Shown in pieces: positions 9,585 to 19,398 of a stretch of DNA of 61,240 nucleotides. Within the stretch, counting starts at the first letter, position 1. Each line of letters opens with the position of its first letter. The notes under the pieces are model-generated. The model searched no databases, had not been told where the DNA came from, and was given only the letters and a program-made list of their open reading frames with translations. The position numbers and the translations under genes were made by a program. This DNA comes from Candidatus Bathyarchaeia archaeon (GTDB taxonomy: Archaea > Thermoproteota > Bathyarchaeia > 40CM-2-53-6), in contig JBEKPE010000002.1 in the NCBI GenBank assembly GCA_049521055.1, positions 1 through 61,240 on the forward strand. The letters are read 5' to 3'.

Positions 9585-11087
9585 ATGGCGGCTAAACGGT
9601 ACGTTCTCGCAATAGACCAAGGGACGACTCGAACTAAGGCCGCATTATTCGATGATCGTGGTCAGGTTTGTGGGTTCGGTTCTGCCGAAGTAAAGAGAAG
9701 TTTCCCCAGACCAGCCTGGGTCGAACAGAAGCCTGATCAGATTTGGAGATCGATTCTCCTCTCCGTTCGCACTGCCATGCGGGGTGCAAAATGTAAAGCG
9801 GAACAAATAGTGGGGGTGGGATTAGACAATCAGGGGGAGACGGTTATTGCTTGGAATAAGAACTCTGGGAACCCTGTCTATAATGCAATAGTTTGGCAGT
9901 GCCGTCGAACCGACGAAGCTTGCCGACGCCTGAAGACTCGCCCGGGACTAGAACGCATGATTCGACAGAAAACCGGGCTAGTCATCGACCCATATTTCTC
10001 AGCAACGAAAATGCGCTGGATTATCGACAACGTGAAACATGCGAAGCGACTTGCGAATTTAGATGAATTGGTGTTAGGAACCTCTGACACCTGGATCATC
10101 CGAAAAATGACCGCACGAAGCAATCCCATTACCGATTTCGCTACCGCATCACGAACGATGTTATTCAACATCCGCAAGATGAAATGGGACGAAGACCTTC
10201 TCCGAATATTCAAACTCCCCGAAGAATCCCTACCGGATATTGTTCCGAATTCCGGCGCCTTGGCCTACACAGACCCTCGATCGTTTCTTGGAATCGACGC
10301 GCCGATCTCGGGACTGATTGTGGACCAACAAGCTGCACTCTTCGGTCACGGCTGCTTCAAACAGGGGGAAATGAAGAACACGTATGGGACGGGATGCTTC
10401 ATGCTGATGAATACCGGGCGCGCCCCTAAACTGTCCGCTCACGGATTACTGACTACGGTAGCCTGGGTTCTCAACGGGGTTCGGAACTATGCGCTTGACG
10501 GAGGAGTCTACACAGCGGGGTCTGCGATTGATTGGCTTGCGAAGGGTTTAGGGATTATTAGGAATCCGAGGGAATCCGATAAACTGGCCTCGTCAATTCC
10601 GAACAATGGAGGCGTCTTCTTCGTACCCGCATTCGTCGGCTTGGCGGCGCCATACTGGGACTCATCGGCAAGAGGCCTCATTGTTGGTATCACGGATGGA
10701 ACAAACCCAGCAAGCATTGTTAGGGCCACATTGGAATCGATAGCATACCAAGTTGACGAGGTTCGGCACTGTATGGAGGCCGATTCCGGTCTCCTTGTTA
10801 GGAAGCTAATGGTGGATGGTGGTCCCACGGCTAATCGGTTCTTGATGCAGTTCCAAGCCAACATTAGCGGGATACCCGTCGAGGTCCCAAGAATCAGCGA
10901 AGTGACAGTAAAGGGAACCGCATTCCTTGCGGGGCTAGGAGTCAACTTCTGGGACGATGTATCAGAATTGATTCGTACTCAGAAGCACGATCTGTACCGA
11001 GCTAAGATGCGTTCGAGCGAACGTGCTCGGTTGCTCGTCTCTTGGAAGCGGGCTGTTGCACGTTCCCGAGGGTGGGGCGGGGAATAA
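9585..11087 (+). CDS. glpK: Glycerol kinase
   Basis: DQGTT, WVEQ, NAIVWQCRRT, DPYFSATK, DQQAALFG, KNTYGTGCF, PAFVGLAAPYWD. Confidence 0.92.
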   Translation: MAAKRYVLAIDQGTTRTKAALFDDRGQVCGFGSAEVKRSFPRPAWVEQKPDQIWRSILLSVRTAMRGAKCKAEQIVGVGLDNQGETVIAWNKNSGNPVYNAIVWQCRRTDEACRRLKTRPGLERMIRQKTGLVIDPYFSATKMRWIIDNVKHAKRLANLDELVLGTSDTWIIRKMTARSNPITDFATASRTMLFNIRKMKWDEDLLRIFKLPEESLPDIVPNSGALAYTDPRSFLGIDAPISGLIVDQQAALFGHGCFKQGEMKNTYGTGCFMLMNTGRAPKLSAHGLLTTVAWVLNGVRNYALDGGVYTAGSAIDWLAKGLGIIRNPRESDKLASSIPNNGGVFFVPAFVGLAAPYWDSSARGLIVGITDGTNPASIVRATLESIAYQVDEVRHCMEADSGLLVRKLMVDGGPTANRFLMQFQANISGIPVEVPRISEVTVKGTAFLAGLGVNFWDDVSELIRTQKHDLYRAKMRSSERARLLVSWKRAVARSRGWGGE

Positions 11088-11121
11088 AAGAATTTGAAGC
11101 CCATCTACTTAGCCGAAGATC

Positions 11122-12021
11122 GTGCCAAACTTGACGGCTACTAAGAATCTTTACGCTTATGTTGACGGGAAATACGTGAACAAAGACGAAGCCTCAATTT
11201 CAATTTACGATCACGGATTTCTGTACGGTGATGGAGTCTACGAGGCAATTCGGGCTTATGACGGGCTGATTTTCAAGCTGCGCGAACACGTCGACCGCCT
11301 CTACGAATCTGCGAAGTCGATCAAGATCGACATGCCATTCTCAAGGGAAGAACTTGGTCGATTGGTTGTTGCGGTTCTAAAGAAAAACGGACTGAGGAAC
11401 AGTTACATACGCATCGTTGTTTCGCGCGGCCGCGGTAGGATGGGCGTTGACCCCCGAAACTGTTCTACACCGACCGTGGTAATTATGACTGAACCACGTG
11501 AACCTTTGTTCGGTGAAGGGGTTAAGGGAATTTCCGCAATCGTATCATCCATCAGGCGAACACCTTCATGGTCTCTAGATCCGAGGATCAAGACCCTGAA
11601 CTATCTCAACAATATCATGGCCAAGATCGAAGCAATTGAATCCGGAGTTGAGGAAGCGATCATGCTCAACGAACAAGGCTACGTAGCAGAAACTTCAACC
11701 GAGAACATCTTCATAGTCAAAAACGGAATAGTATCAACCCCGCACCCATCCCAGGGCGTCCTGAGGGGTATAACACGAGATTCAGTTGTGACGGTAACTA
11801 AGGGCCTAGGTTACCCGGTAGAAGAGAGGCCTATCACAATACATGAATTGTACAATGCGGACGAGGTTTTCGTTACAGGAACCGCCGCAGAAATTGTCCC
11901 AATCGTGAGGATCACTGGCCGAACCATCGGTGAAGGAAAGCCTGGCCCAATCTTCGCGAAAATCTTCGCCGGTTTCAGAGAGATGATTAAGAAATCAAAA
12001 GAAGGGACCCCTATCGACTGA
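11122..12021 (+). CDS. ilvE: Branched-chain amino acid aminotransferase (PLP class IV)
   Basis: DHGFLYGDGVYE, KTLNYLNNIMAK, ENIFIVK, LRGITR, ADEVFVTGTAAEIVP. Confidence 0.93.
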   Translation: MPNLTATKNLYAYVDGKYVNKDEASISIYDHGFLYGDGVYEAIRAYDGLIFKLREHVDRLYESAKSIKIDMPFSREELGRLVVAVLKKNGLRNSYIRIVVSRGRGRMGVDPRNCSTPTVVIMTEPREPLFGEGVKGISAIVSSIRRTPSWSLDPRIKTLNYLNNIMAKIEAIESGVEEAIMLNEQGYVAETSTENIFIVKNGIVSTPHPSQGVLRGITRDSVVTVTKGLGYPVEERPITIHELYNADEVFVTGTAAEIVPIVRITGRTIGEGKPGPIFAKIFAGFREMIKKSKEGTPID

Positions 12022-12041
12022 GACGATTCTACTTATGGAAC

Positions 12042-13679
12042 GTGGAGGAAACCGTTAAAAACAGTGGATATGGGCCCCTTGCTGGGTTAAACGGTTTGGC
12101 CGGTAAAGCTGTGTTTATGCGTGACGCAACGGGCCTTGTCAAAGCAATTGGACCATTCGCGGCGTTCCTCTTTGGAGCGCAATGTATTAGCCCGCCATCA
12201 TCGGGGTTCATCACGTATGCCTGGCTTCCGTACCTTTGGCCTGGATCTGACATTCTCCTCATCTTGACTATCGGAATGATCTTTTCACTCTTTCACGCTG
12301 TGACATACAGTCAGATTGGTAGCGTGTACCCACGAAGCGGCGCCGACTACGTTTTTGCAAGCAGAACCCTGTCACCGGTCGGAGCGTTCGGCTCGAACTT
12401 CGCCTTGAGCATCTTTAGTGGTTTGGTTGCAGGTTCATTGATCGCTTGGATTCCGAGTACCCTGATGTCTAGCTACTTCTTCGAGCTCGGTACCGTGACT
12501 GGTCAATCATACTTGTTGACTTGGTCGGGCATGCTCACATCGGGTATCTGGGTTTTCATCATAGGTAGCATCGCAACTGTGATCACGCTAGTTTTGATGC
12601 TCGTTTCGCCTTCGAAGACAGTCGGCTTTCTCAAGTACTCATTTTATCTTGCCATGATTTCATGGGCCATTATCCTAATCTCATTGGCCACTATCGATTC
12701 GAAGACTTTCATAACCAATTGGAACACATTCATGGGCGCAGGCAACTTCGATCAAGTAATACCAGCTGCGCAAAAGAGCGGACTCGTATACCAGTACTCT
12801 CCAATCACGGCTTCTGTCGCGGGGCTCATTATGGCGTTCTGGATCTACTATGGATACTACATTCCAACATTCTTTGCGGGTGAAGTAAAGCGTGCGCCAC
12901 GAACTCTGATTCTGGGAAGCATTGGATCTCTGGTCTTCATGTGGGCGCTATTCGGCGTAGGCGCTGTTTTGTTGACGAGGCTTGTGCCAACAACTTGGCT
13001 GGGCGCGGAAGGGTATCTCTTCTACGGTGCTCCGGGCGTGATGACGGCGATGCCATTCATTTCCTTTTACGCCGCTGTGGCACAACCAAACCTGATTCTG
13101 GGAGGAATAGTCTTCATCGGATTCTTCCTGTCGCTGATCGGGCTGGCCGTCACTTACTTCTATTACGTTAGTAGGAACATTTTCGCATGGTCATTCGATA
13201 GGCTGGCACCAGCGAAGCTAGCTGATGTTAGGCCAAACGGCGCACCGTGGGTTTCTGTCATCATGATAACGGTGTTGGCGGAAATTGGCCTAGCCCTGAG
13301 CCAATATACCACCATATTCGTTCAACTCAACTTCACGTTATTCGCCGTACTCTGCATGATGGTCCCGGTCCTGTCAGCGATCATACTGCCTTGGAAGAAT
13401 AAGCAAGCATTCCAACAATCGCCGGCCCTTGTGAGCAAGAGAGTTGCAGGCATCCCAATGATTACCCTGTTCGGCAGCATAACCTTCGCATACTTACTCT
13501 GGATGGTTTACGCAAGCTACGCGTACCCATCGGTTGGGGGATATGTTGGTCCAAATATGATCTTACTATTCGTGAGCGTTCTTGTCGCCGGCATAGTCCT
13601 ATTCTACGTCGCAAAAGCGGTGCGCGCCAGGGAAGGCCTCGACCTGAAATACATTTACAGCAGCATCCCGCCCGAATGA
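12042..13679 (+). CDS. APC-family amino acid permease
   Basis: About 12 TM segments, VFMRDATGLVK, PRSGADYVFASR, AGEVK, RNIFAWSFDR. The exact start is uncertain. Confidence 0.88.
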   Translation: MEETVKNSGYGPLAGLNGLAGKAVFMRDATGLVKAIGPFAAFLFGAQCISPPSSGFITYAWLPYLWPGSDILLILTIGMIFSLFHAVTYSQIGSVYPRSGADYVFASRTLSPVGAFGSNFALSIFSGLVAGSLIAWIPSTLMSSYFFELGTVTGQSYLLTWSGMLTSGIWVFIIGSIATVITLVLMLVSPSKTVGFLKYSFYLAMISWAIILISLATIDSKTFITNWNTFMGAGNFDQVIPAAQKSGLVYQYSPITASVAGLIMAFWIYYGYYIPTFFAGEVKRAPRTLILGSIGSLVFMWALFGVGAVLLTRLVPTTWLGAEGYLFYGAPGVMTAMPFISFYAAVAQPNLILGGIVFIGFFLSLIGLAVTYFYYVSRNIFAWSFDRLAPAKLADVRPNGAPWVSVIMITVLAEIGLALSQYTTIFVQLNFTLFAVLCMMVPVLSAIILPWKNKQAFQQSPALVSKRVAGIPMITLFGSITFAYLLWMVYASYAYPSVGGYVGPNMILLFVSVLVAGIVLFYVAKAVRAREGLDLKYIYSSIPPE

Positions 13680-13790
13680 ATACAACACTTCAGCCGAATC
13701 ACCAATAGATTCCCACATCAGGAACCAATGTCTCGTCACTAGATACTCTAGAGTCGGCACGCTCAGATGGTCTTATTTTGTAATTTCGTG

Positions 13791-15074
13791 TTAGAATCTA
13801 AATGCTGCGATACCAGGGAAGCGTGCACTGGGTCCTAGTTCTTCCTCTATCCTGAGCAGCCGATTGTACTTGGCTGTGCGTTCGCCTCTGCAGGGCGCTC
13901 CTGTTTTGATTTGTCCACAGTTCAACGCTACCGCTACATCAGATATGGCAGAATCCTCGGTCTCTCCTGATCTGTGACTGGTCACCACGTGATAGTGGTT
14001 TTTCAATGCAAGTTTTGCAGCATCAACTGCTTCCGTAAGCGAACCTATCTGATTCACTTTCATGAGGAGCGCATTAGCGGCTCCAACACTGATTCCCCTC
14101 TTTAACCTGGAGACATTGGTTACGAAGATATCGTCTCCCACGATTTCGACTTTGCCTCCTATCTTCTTAGTCAGTTCTGATGTGTGCTCGAAATCTTCTT
14201 GCTCGAATGGGTCTTCGATATATAGGATTGGAAAATCTTGGGTTAGTTGAATATAGAACTGCATCAACTCTTCTGGAGTTTTGGTTTCGCCATCGAGCTG
14301 GTACGTCCTGTTTTCATAGAATTCGGAGGAAGCCGCGTCGACTCCCAAGAACGCGTCTTTGCGTGCGGAATATCCTGCTTCAGAAATCGCTTGGAGAATA
14401 AGTTCGAGCGCTTCGGTAGTTTTGCTGAGTGGAGGGGCGAAGCCTCCTTCGTCACCCACATTGATGGCTGACTTTCCATGCTTTGCCAAGATCACGCTCT
14501 TGAGTGCGTGGTAGATTTCGACTCCTATCCTAAGCGATTCACTGAATGTCTTTGCTCCGGTCGGGATGATCATGAACTCTTGCATCTTCAAGCCCGTGCC
14601 AGCATGTTTTCCACCGTTTATGACATTCATTACGGGTACTGGAAGTGTTCGCCCCTTGCCTTTGCTTAGATAGTTGAAGAGGGAAATGCCTTCCAATTGA
14701 GCTGATAATTTCGCCACGGCTAGGGATACTGCCAGTATCGCGTTTGCTCCGAGGCGCGACTTGTTAGGTGTACCATCGAGTTTGATCATGAGCTCATCTA
14801 ACTTTGATTGTTGGCGTGGGTCAAGGCCTCTCAGCTTTGGCCCTATCAAATCGTCAATGTTCTTGACAGCGGTTAACACTCCCAATCCGTTGTAACGTTT
14901 TGAGTTTCGATCGCGAAGTTCAAGAGCCTCATGTGTGCCGGTTGATGCGCCAGATGGTACGGCTGCGGTGGCAGATACGCCGCGGGCCGAAGCGATTGCT
15001 TCGACAGTAGGGTTTCCCCGAGAATCCAGAATCTCTCTTCCAATCACTTTCGTTATTGATGTTGTACGGGGCAT
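13791..15074 (-). CDS. eno: Enolase
   Basis: EILDSRGNPTVE, SGASTG, GDEGGFAP, SHRSGETED, IKTGAPCRGERTAKYN. Confidence 0.98.
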   Translation of the reverse strand: MPRTTSITKVIGREILDSRGNPTVEAIASARGVSATAAVPSGASTGTHEALELRDRNSKRYNGLGVLTAVKNIDDLIGPKLRGLDPRQQSKLDELMIKLDGTPNKSRLGANAILAVSLAVAKLSAQLEGISLFNYLSKGKGRTLPVPVMNVINGGKHAGTGLKMQEFMIIPTGAKTFSESLRIGVEIYHALKSVILAKHGKSAINVGDEGGFAPPLSKTTEALELILQAISEAGYSARKDAFLGVDAASSEFYENRTYQLDGETKTPEELMQFYIQLTQDFPILYIEDPFEQEDFEHTSELTKKIGGKVEIVGDDIFVTNVSRLKRGISVGAANALLMKVNQIGSLTEAVDAAKLALKNHYHVVTSHRSGETEDSAISDVAVALNCGQIKTGAPCRGERTAKYNRLLRIEEELGPSARFPGIAAFRF

Positions 15075-15088
15075 TTGTCTCATCGGAG

Positions 15089-15110
15089 AAGTGAAAATCG
15101 AAAGTCACTT
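15089..15110. promoter_or_regulatory. Inverted repeat AAGTGA-N10-TCACTT upstream of eno, a candidate operator
   Basis: Perfect 6-bp arms at 15089-15094 and 15105-15110. Confidence 0.3.
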
Positions 15111-15251
15111 ATCAATCATTGTGAGGCGAGCTACCTAATTATTTGGCAATGTCTTCAACCGTACTGGCAGATAGAACTTCGTCTAGAGCGTGAGTAGGTC
15201 AAGTCGTTTACCTTATTTGGAAATGCATGAAACAATAAGCGTCAGAGATCA

Positions 15252-15848
15252 TTGCGTAAGAAACGCGGCGTGCTCATCGCCATCGAGGGAATCGATCAAG
15301 CGGGGAAGAGAACACAGGCCGGACTCCTCGCCAAGAAAGTTCGAAATCTTGGCCTGCCGGTATCCGTATGGAGTTTTCCCGATTACACAACCCCGCTAGG
15401 CAGACAATTGAAGGCTTACTTGGCAGGGAAGATCCAGTTCGACTTGCATTCAGTTCATCTTCTCTATGCGGCGAACAAATGGGAATTGGCAGATAAACTA
15501 ACTCGTAGAATCGGGCGTGGTGGGGTTGTTATCGTAAATCGCTACAGCCCTTCAAACATGGCGTACGGGGTCGCGCATGGCCTTTCCCCGGTTTGGCTTA
15601 ATTCCCTTGAGGAAGGTTTGCCGAAACCTGACGTGGTCGTCGTGTTGGACGTATCACCTCGAACATCATTCAAGCGTAAGATCCGAGAACGTGATCTCCA
15701 CGAGGGCGATCTCACCTACCTCAGGACTGTGAGGCGAGCGTACCTGCGACTGGGACGGAAGTATGGTTGGAAGATCGTTGACGGGCAGCGAGATTCTGTA
15801 ATTGTCCGAGGATTGGTTTGGGGTCAGGTCTGTGGGTTTCTACGGTAG
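15252..15848 (+). CDS. tmk: Thymidylate kinase
   Basis: IAIEGIDQAGK P-loop, LLYAANKWE, RYSPSNMAY, PKPDVVVVLDV. Confidence 0.92.
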   Translation: MRKKRGVLIAIEGIDQAGKRTQAGLLAKKVRNLGLPVSVWSFPDYTTPLGRQLKAYLAGKIQFDLHSVHLLYAANKWELADKLTRRIGRGGVVIVNRYSPSNMAYGVAHGLSPVWLNSLEEGLPKPDVVVVLDVSPRTSFKRKIRERDLHEGDLTYLRTVRRAYLRLGRKYGWKIVDGQRDSVIVRGLVWGQVCGFLR

Positions 15849-15866
15849 CAACTGCGATTTTAATGA

Positions 15867-16817
15867 TCAGAACTTCTGAACTACTTCTCTCCCAAAGAGT
15901 TCTAGCGCTTCGAGTTCACGCTGCGGTTCGAGGTTCACGATGAAATATTCGATCCCCGCGTCTCTGAAACTCTCCACTTGACGTTTAACTTCCTCAGGGG
16001 TTCCGAAGGTCAGAAATTCCCTAACCCTTTCTTCAGGCACATCTTTCATCGCCTTCGAGACCCTCGCCTGGAGGGCGTCCTTATCCTTGTCAATCATTAC
16101 CCGGCCTAGCTTTGTTTTCAAAACGGACTCGTAATCTCGCCCGGCGGAATTACAGTGGTCCCGTAGGACTTTCAGTTTCGTTTTCACCGTGTCGGTTGAA
16201 CCGAAAATGTTGCAGGCGTCAGCATACTTAGCCACAATCTTCAATGTTTCACGTTCACCACTACCGCCGACCATTATCGGTGGGTAGGGTTTTTGGATTG
16301 GTTTCGGGTTACAGTAGGCGTTCTTAATTTGGTAGAATTTTCCTTCGAAGCTTGCTCGGTCCTCTGTCCACATTGCTCTGATGACCTGTACAGCTTCTTC
16401 AAGCCGACGCAGACGCTCTTTCAGGTTTGGGAACGGTATCCCGTAGGCTGAGGCTTCATCTTCATTCCAAGCGGCCCCGATGCCCATGAAGAGTCTACCT
16501 TTACTCAGTACGTCCAGAGTGGCGCCGATTTTGGCTAGGACGGACGGGTGCCGGTACACATTTCCGGTCACGAGTGTTCCTAGTTTGATCTTCGAGGTGA
16601 ACCCCGCAACGACGGCTTGGGTTGTCCATCCCTCAAGCATGGGTTCTTGAGGTTCGCCAACGTAGGGGATCTGGTGAAAGTGATCCATAACCCAGAACGA
16701 ATCGAAACCAAGACTCTCTCCACGTGTCACGAGTCGTCTCAGTGAATCCACGATAGCTGGGCCTTGGCCGTCGTAGGTGAAATTGGGATGCTGAAAACCG
16801 AACTTCAATTCAACCAC
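15867..16817 (-). CDS. LLM-class F420-dependent oxidoreductase
   Basis: DSFWVMDHF, KLGTLVTGNVYRHP, GRLFMGIGAAW, PKPIQKPYPPIMVGGSGE. Confidence 0.92.
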   Translation of the reverse strand: MVELKFGFQHPNFTYDGQGPAIVDSLRRLVTRGESLGFDSFWVMDHFHQIPYVGEPQEPMLEGWTTQAVVAGFTSKIKLGTLVTGNVYRHPSVLAKIGATLDVLSKGRLFMGIGAAWNEDEASAYGIPFPNLKERLRRLEEAVQVIRAMWTEDRASFEGKFYQIKNAYCNPKPIQKPYPPIMVGGSGERETLKIVAKYADACNIFGSTDTVKTKLKVLRDHCNSAGRDYESVLKTKLGRVMIDKDKDALQARVSKAMKDVPEERVREFLTFGTPEEVKRQVESFRDAGIEYFIVNLEPQRELEALELFGREVVQKF

Positions 16818-16938
16818 TGAAAAATCGAAAGTCTACCGCCCTAAATAGCGTTTGCCGATTTGTGCCCACTGCACGCAGCTTGTATAGGTGTGTGGGCTAT
16901 GGTTCAGATGAAATTCAAGGATCAAAAGTGAGCTCAGC

Positions 16939-18216
16939 TTGAACGAACAGGCTTTTTGGGGGTTCATCAAGGATCCACTATACGGGTACATTCGTCTTAC
17001 AGAAATCGAACGGAATGTTATCGACACTCTTGCAGTCCAAAGGTTGCGTAGAATTAGGCAGCTTGCAGGAGCGGAGTTCGTCTACCCGGCTGCAAACCAC
17101 ACAAGGTTCGAGCACGTTTTGGGCACGATGTATCTCGCGGGCGTGGTGTCCGACAATCTGCCTGTTCAATTGACAGCCGATGAGCGGCAGAGGATACGAC
17201 TGGCCGCGTTGCTTCATGACGTCGGGCATGCGCCTTTTTCTCACCTCTTCGAGCCATTACTGTTGAAGTACATGGGTCGAAATCATGAGGACATGTCAAG
17301 GTGGATCATTGCAGATTCAACCCTAGCAGATGTCATAAACAAGCAGGGTATCGACGCGAAAGAGTTGAGCGGACTAGCAGTCGGGAAACCGTCAAAGACT
17401 GAGAAGCCGTTCCTCGGGCAAATAATCAGCAGTTCGTTTGATGTCGATAAGATGGATTTCGTCGTGCGGGACTCTTATCATACTGGAGCTGGCTACGGGT
17501 CGGTTGACGTCTTCCGTCTCATTTACACGATGGATGTTCTCAACGGCAACTTGGCAGTTGACATCACAGCCCTACCCACTCTCGAAAGCCTAATCCTTGC
17601 ACGACTTGAATCTTTCAAAACAATTTATTTTCACAGGGCTTGCAGAGCCGTCCAAATGATGCTCGTCAAAGCCCTGGAAGCGGCTAAGGACGATCTGGCT
17701 ATACTACAAGCCAAGACTCCAGATGAATACTTGGAATGGGACGACTATACAGTTTGGTCAAAGCTCTGCCAAAACAAACTCTCACGCGAAATTGTAAAAG
17801 AAATCTCCTCGAGGAGGCTCCTCAAATGCGCATATGAGAGAACTTTCTACGCCCGAGATGAACTCGTTTCAAGCGTGTTTACAAACGAAAATGTGCGTCT
17901 CAAACTTGAGGAAGAGATCGCCTCGAAAGCAAAAGTTCCAAGATCCAGCGTTGGGATCGATGTACCCTCCCTACCCTCGGTGCCCTATCACTACGCAATG
18001 GACATTGGCCCAATCGACATACCAATGTTCTCGCGGAACCGTTCTGGTGAGAAGATCCCGGAGAAGATAGCGAAATTATCAAGAGTCGTGGATGATCTTC
18101 AAGTTTTCATGAACATAATACGGGTATACACGAACGATCAGTATAGAGAGCAAGTCAGTGACGCCGCGGCGAAGGTCCTCGGCGAATCGCTTCTCTCAAA
18201 CGTTTTGTCGTATTGA
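16939..18216 (+). CDS. HD-domain phosphohydrolase (dNTP triphosphohydrolase-like)
   Basis: IKDPLYG, QRLRRIRQL, HTRFEH, LLHDVGH, DVDKMDFVVRD, IYFH. Confidence 0.9.
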   Translation: MNEQAFWGFIKDPLYGYIRLTEIERNVIDTLAVQRLRRIRQLAGAEFVYPAANHTRFEHVLGTMYLAGVVSDNLPVQLTADERQRIRLAALLHDVGHAPFSHLFEPLLLKYMGRNHEDMSRWIIADSTLADVINKQGIDAKELSGLAVGKPSKTEKPFLGQIISSSFDVDKMDFVVRDSYHTGAGYGSVDVFRLIYTMDVLNGNLAVDITALPTLESLILARLESFKTIYFHRACRAVQMMLVKALEAAKDDLAILQAKTPDEYLEWDDYTVWSKLCQNKLSREIVKEISSRRLLKCAYERTFYARDELVSSVFTNENVRLKLEEEIASKAKVPRSSVGIDVPSLPSVPYHYAMDIGPIDIPMFSRNRSGEKIPEKIAKLSRVVDDLQVFMNIIRVYTNDQYREQVSDAAAKVLGESLLSNVLSY

Positions 18217-18579
18217 AGAATTGAGCGGCCCAGTCTTCTCGTCGGAAGGTTGAGCCAATTGAATCTGGTCGAGCAGTTTAGTGTAAACTCTTAGAGCCTC
18301 AGCTTCGTCGAGTTCGGTGAATAAAGAAACCAGTGCGATGCGTCCGCTTTTTCCCGCAAGTTTCTCCGCTAAAGCTCTGGTCGTCATAAGGTACTTGCCG
18401 CCCACCAATACCGAAGAACGTCCGACTGCAACTTCACGGAGACCAGGCATCGCGATCGCGACCGTTCCCAGACGAATGCGGTCCTCGAACAGAAAAGCTA
18501 CTATGGCGTTCTCCAATTGGCTGTAGTTGGCTCTGAAAGTCCTAGTTCCGACTTTCAGTGTTGCTTCAGTCATTTCCAT
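18196..18579 (-). CDS. Hypothetical protein, possibly proteasome assembly chaperone PAC4-like
   Basis: LGTVAIAMP...SSVLVG...RALAEKLA...ALVSL resembles the remembered PAC4 pattern. Overlaps the HD gene by 21 nt. Confidence 0.5.
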   Translation of the reverse strand: MEMTEATLKVGTRTFRANYSQLENAIVAFLFEDRIRLGTVAIAMPGLREVAVGRSSVLVGGKYLMTTRALAEKLAGKSGRIALVSLFTELDEAEALRVYTKLLDQIQLAQPSDEKTGPLNSSIRQNV

Positions 18580-18758
18580 TGAACATCATCATGGTCCTTC
18601 AGGTATAGGGTACTTAACTAGAGCGACGAAAAACCCCTGAAATTGCTATGTCTAGGTTCTTTTCCCTTGACGTTCCATGGGCTTTTTTGATGCTGCGAAG
18701 CAATACATCTTATCATCAAAGCTATTCAGGACTTTACCGTTCCCTGAGGTCTCCTTGA

Positions 18759-19346
18759 TTGGCGTCGCTTCCTGTGCCGGATGACATGAGGCATCTCGTC
18801 AATTACGATGAGAAAGTCATTTGGGTTCTCAAGGGCAGCGAGATAGTAGTTGTGAGCGACCAAAGAATCATTATCCGCAAATCCGGGGGCCTAGGGCTCA
18901 AGAAGAGCTTCGTGGATTATCCATACTCGAACATGGTCAACATCAGGCTTGAACGTGGGGTCGTTAAGGCGAGCGTCGAAATTCTCATGCGCTCTGGAGT
19001 TCAGAACATAAAGATCGGGAGCCTCACGAAAGCAGATGCTTACCAGCTTCACAGAGTTCTAAGAGAGAACATAATCAAAGGTTCCCCATCAGGCGTAATG
19101 CAACCGCCTTCCGTAATCATTCAGAGCCCGTTGCAACCGAAACCAGAGGAAGAGGCGAGCGGGGAACAGACCTGTAAGGAATGTGGCCACAAGGTTTCGG
19201 ATGATTTCGCACTATGCCCATTCTGTCGATATCCGCTCAAGGTAGAGTGCCCCGAATGCGGGAAGAGAGTAGACACGAAATTCAAATCGTGCCCCTACTG
19301 CGGAGAAGATCTTTCCTACGTCCAACAAATGAGCCAGGGTCTCTAG
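18759..19346 (+). CDS. Bacterial-type PH domain protein with C-terminal double zinc ribbon
   Basis: VVVSDQRIII...DYPYSNMVNI PH-like N-terminus, a Pro/Gln linker, and four CxxC pairs. Confidence 0.8.
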   Translation: MASLPVPDDMRHLVNYDEKVIWVLKGSEIVVVSDQRIIIRKSGGLGLKKSFVDYPYSNMVNIRLERGVVKASVEILMRSGVQNIKIGSLTKADAYQLHRVLRENIIKGSPSGVMQPPSVIIQSPLQPKPEEEASGEQTCKECGHKVSDDFALCPFCRYPLKVECPECGKRVDTKFKSCPYCGEDLSYVQQMSQGL

Positions 19347-19398
19347 CTTCACCACCAAGCCTTTCTCAAGGAAGACAGCCCCCTTCGTAGAACCCTTA

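Noticed and set aside
15252-15848. Tmk P-loop GKRT and NRY in place of GKST and DRY
   Set aside because: As I recall, similar variants occur in other TACK thymidylate kinases, and the rest of the protein is intact.
16939-18216. HD dNTPase as an anti-phage nucleotide-depletion system
   Set aside because: It looks like the widespread housekeeping archaeal HD family and has no defence genes beside it.
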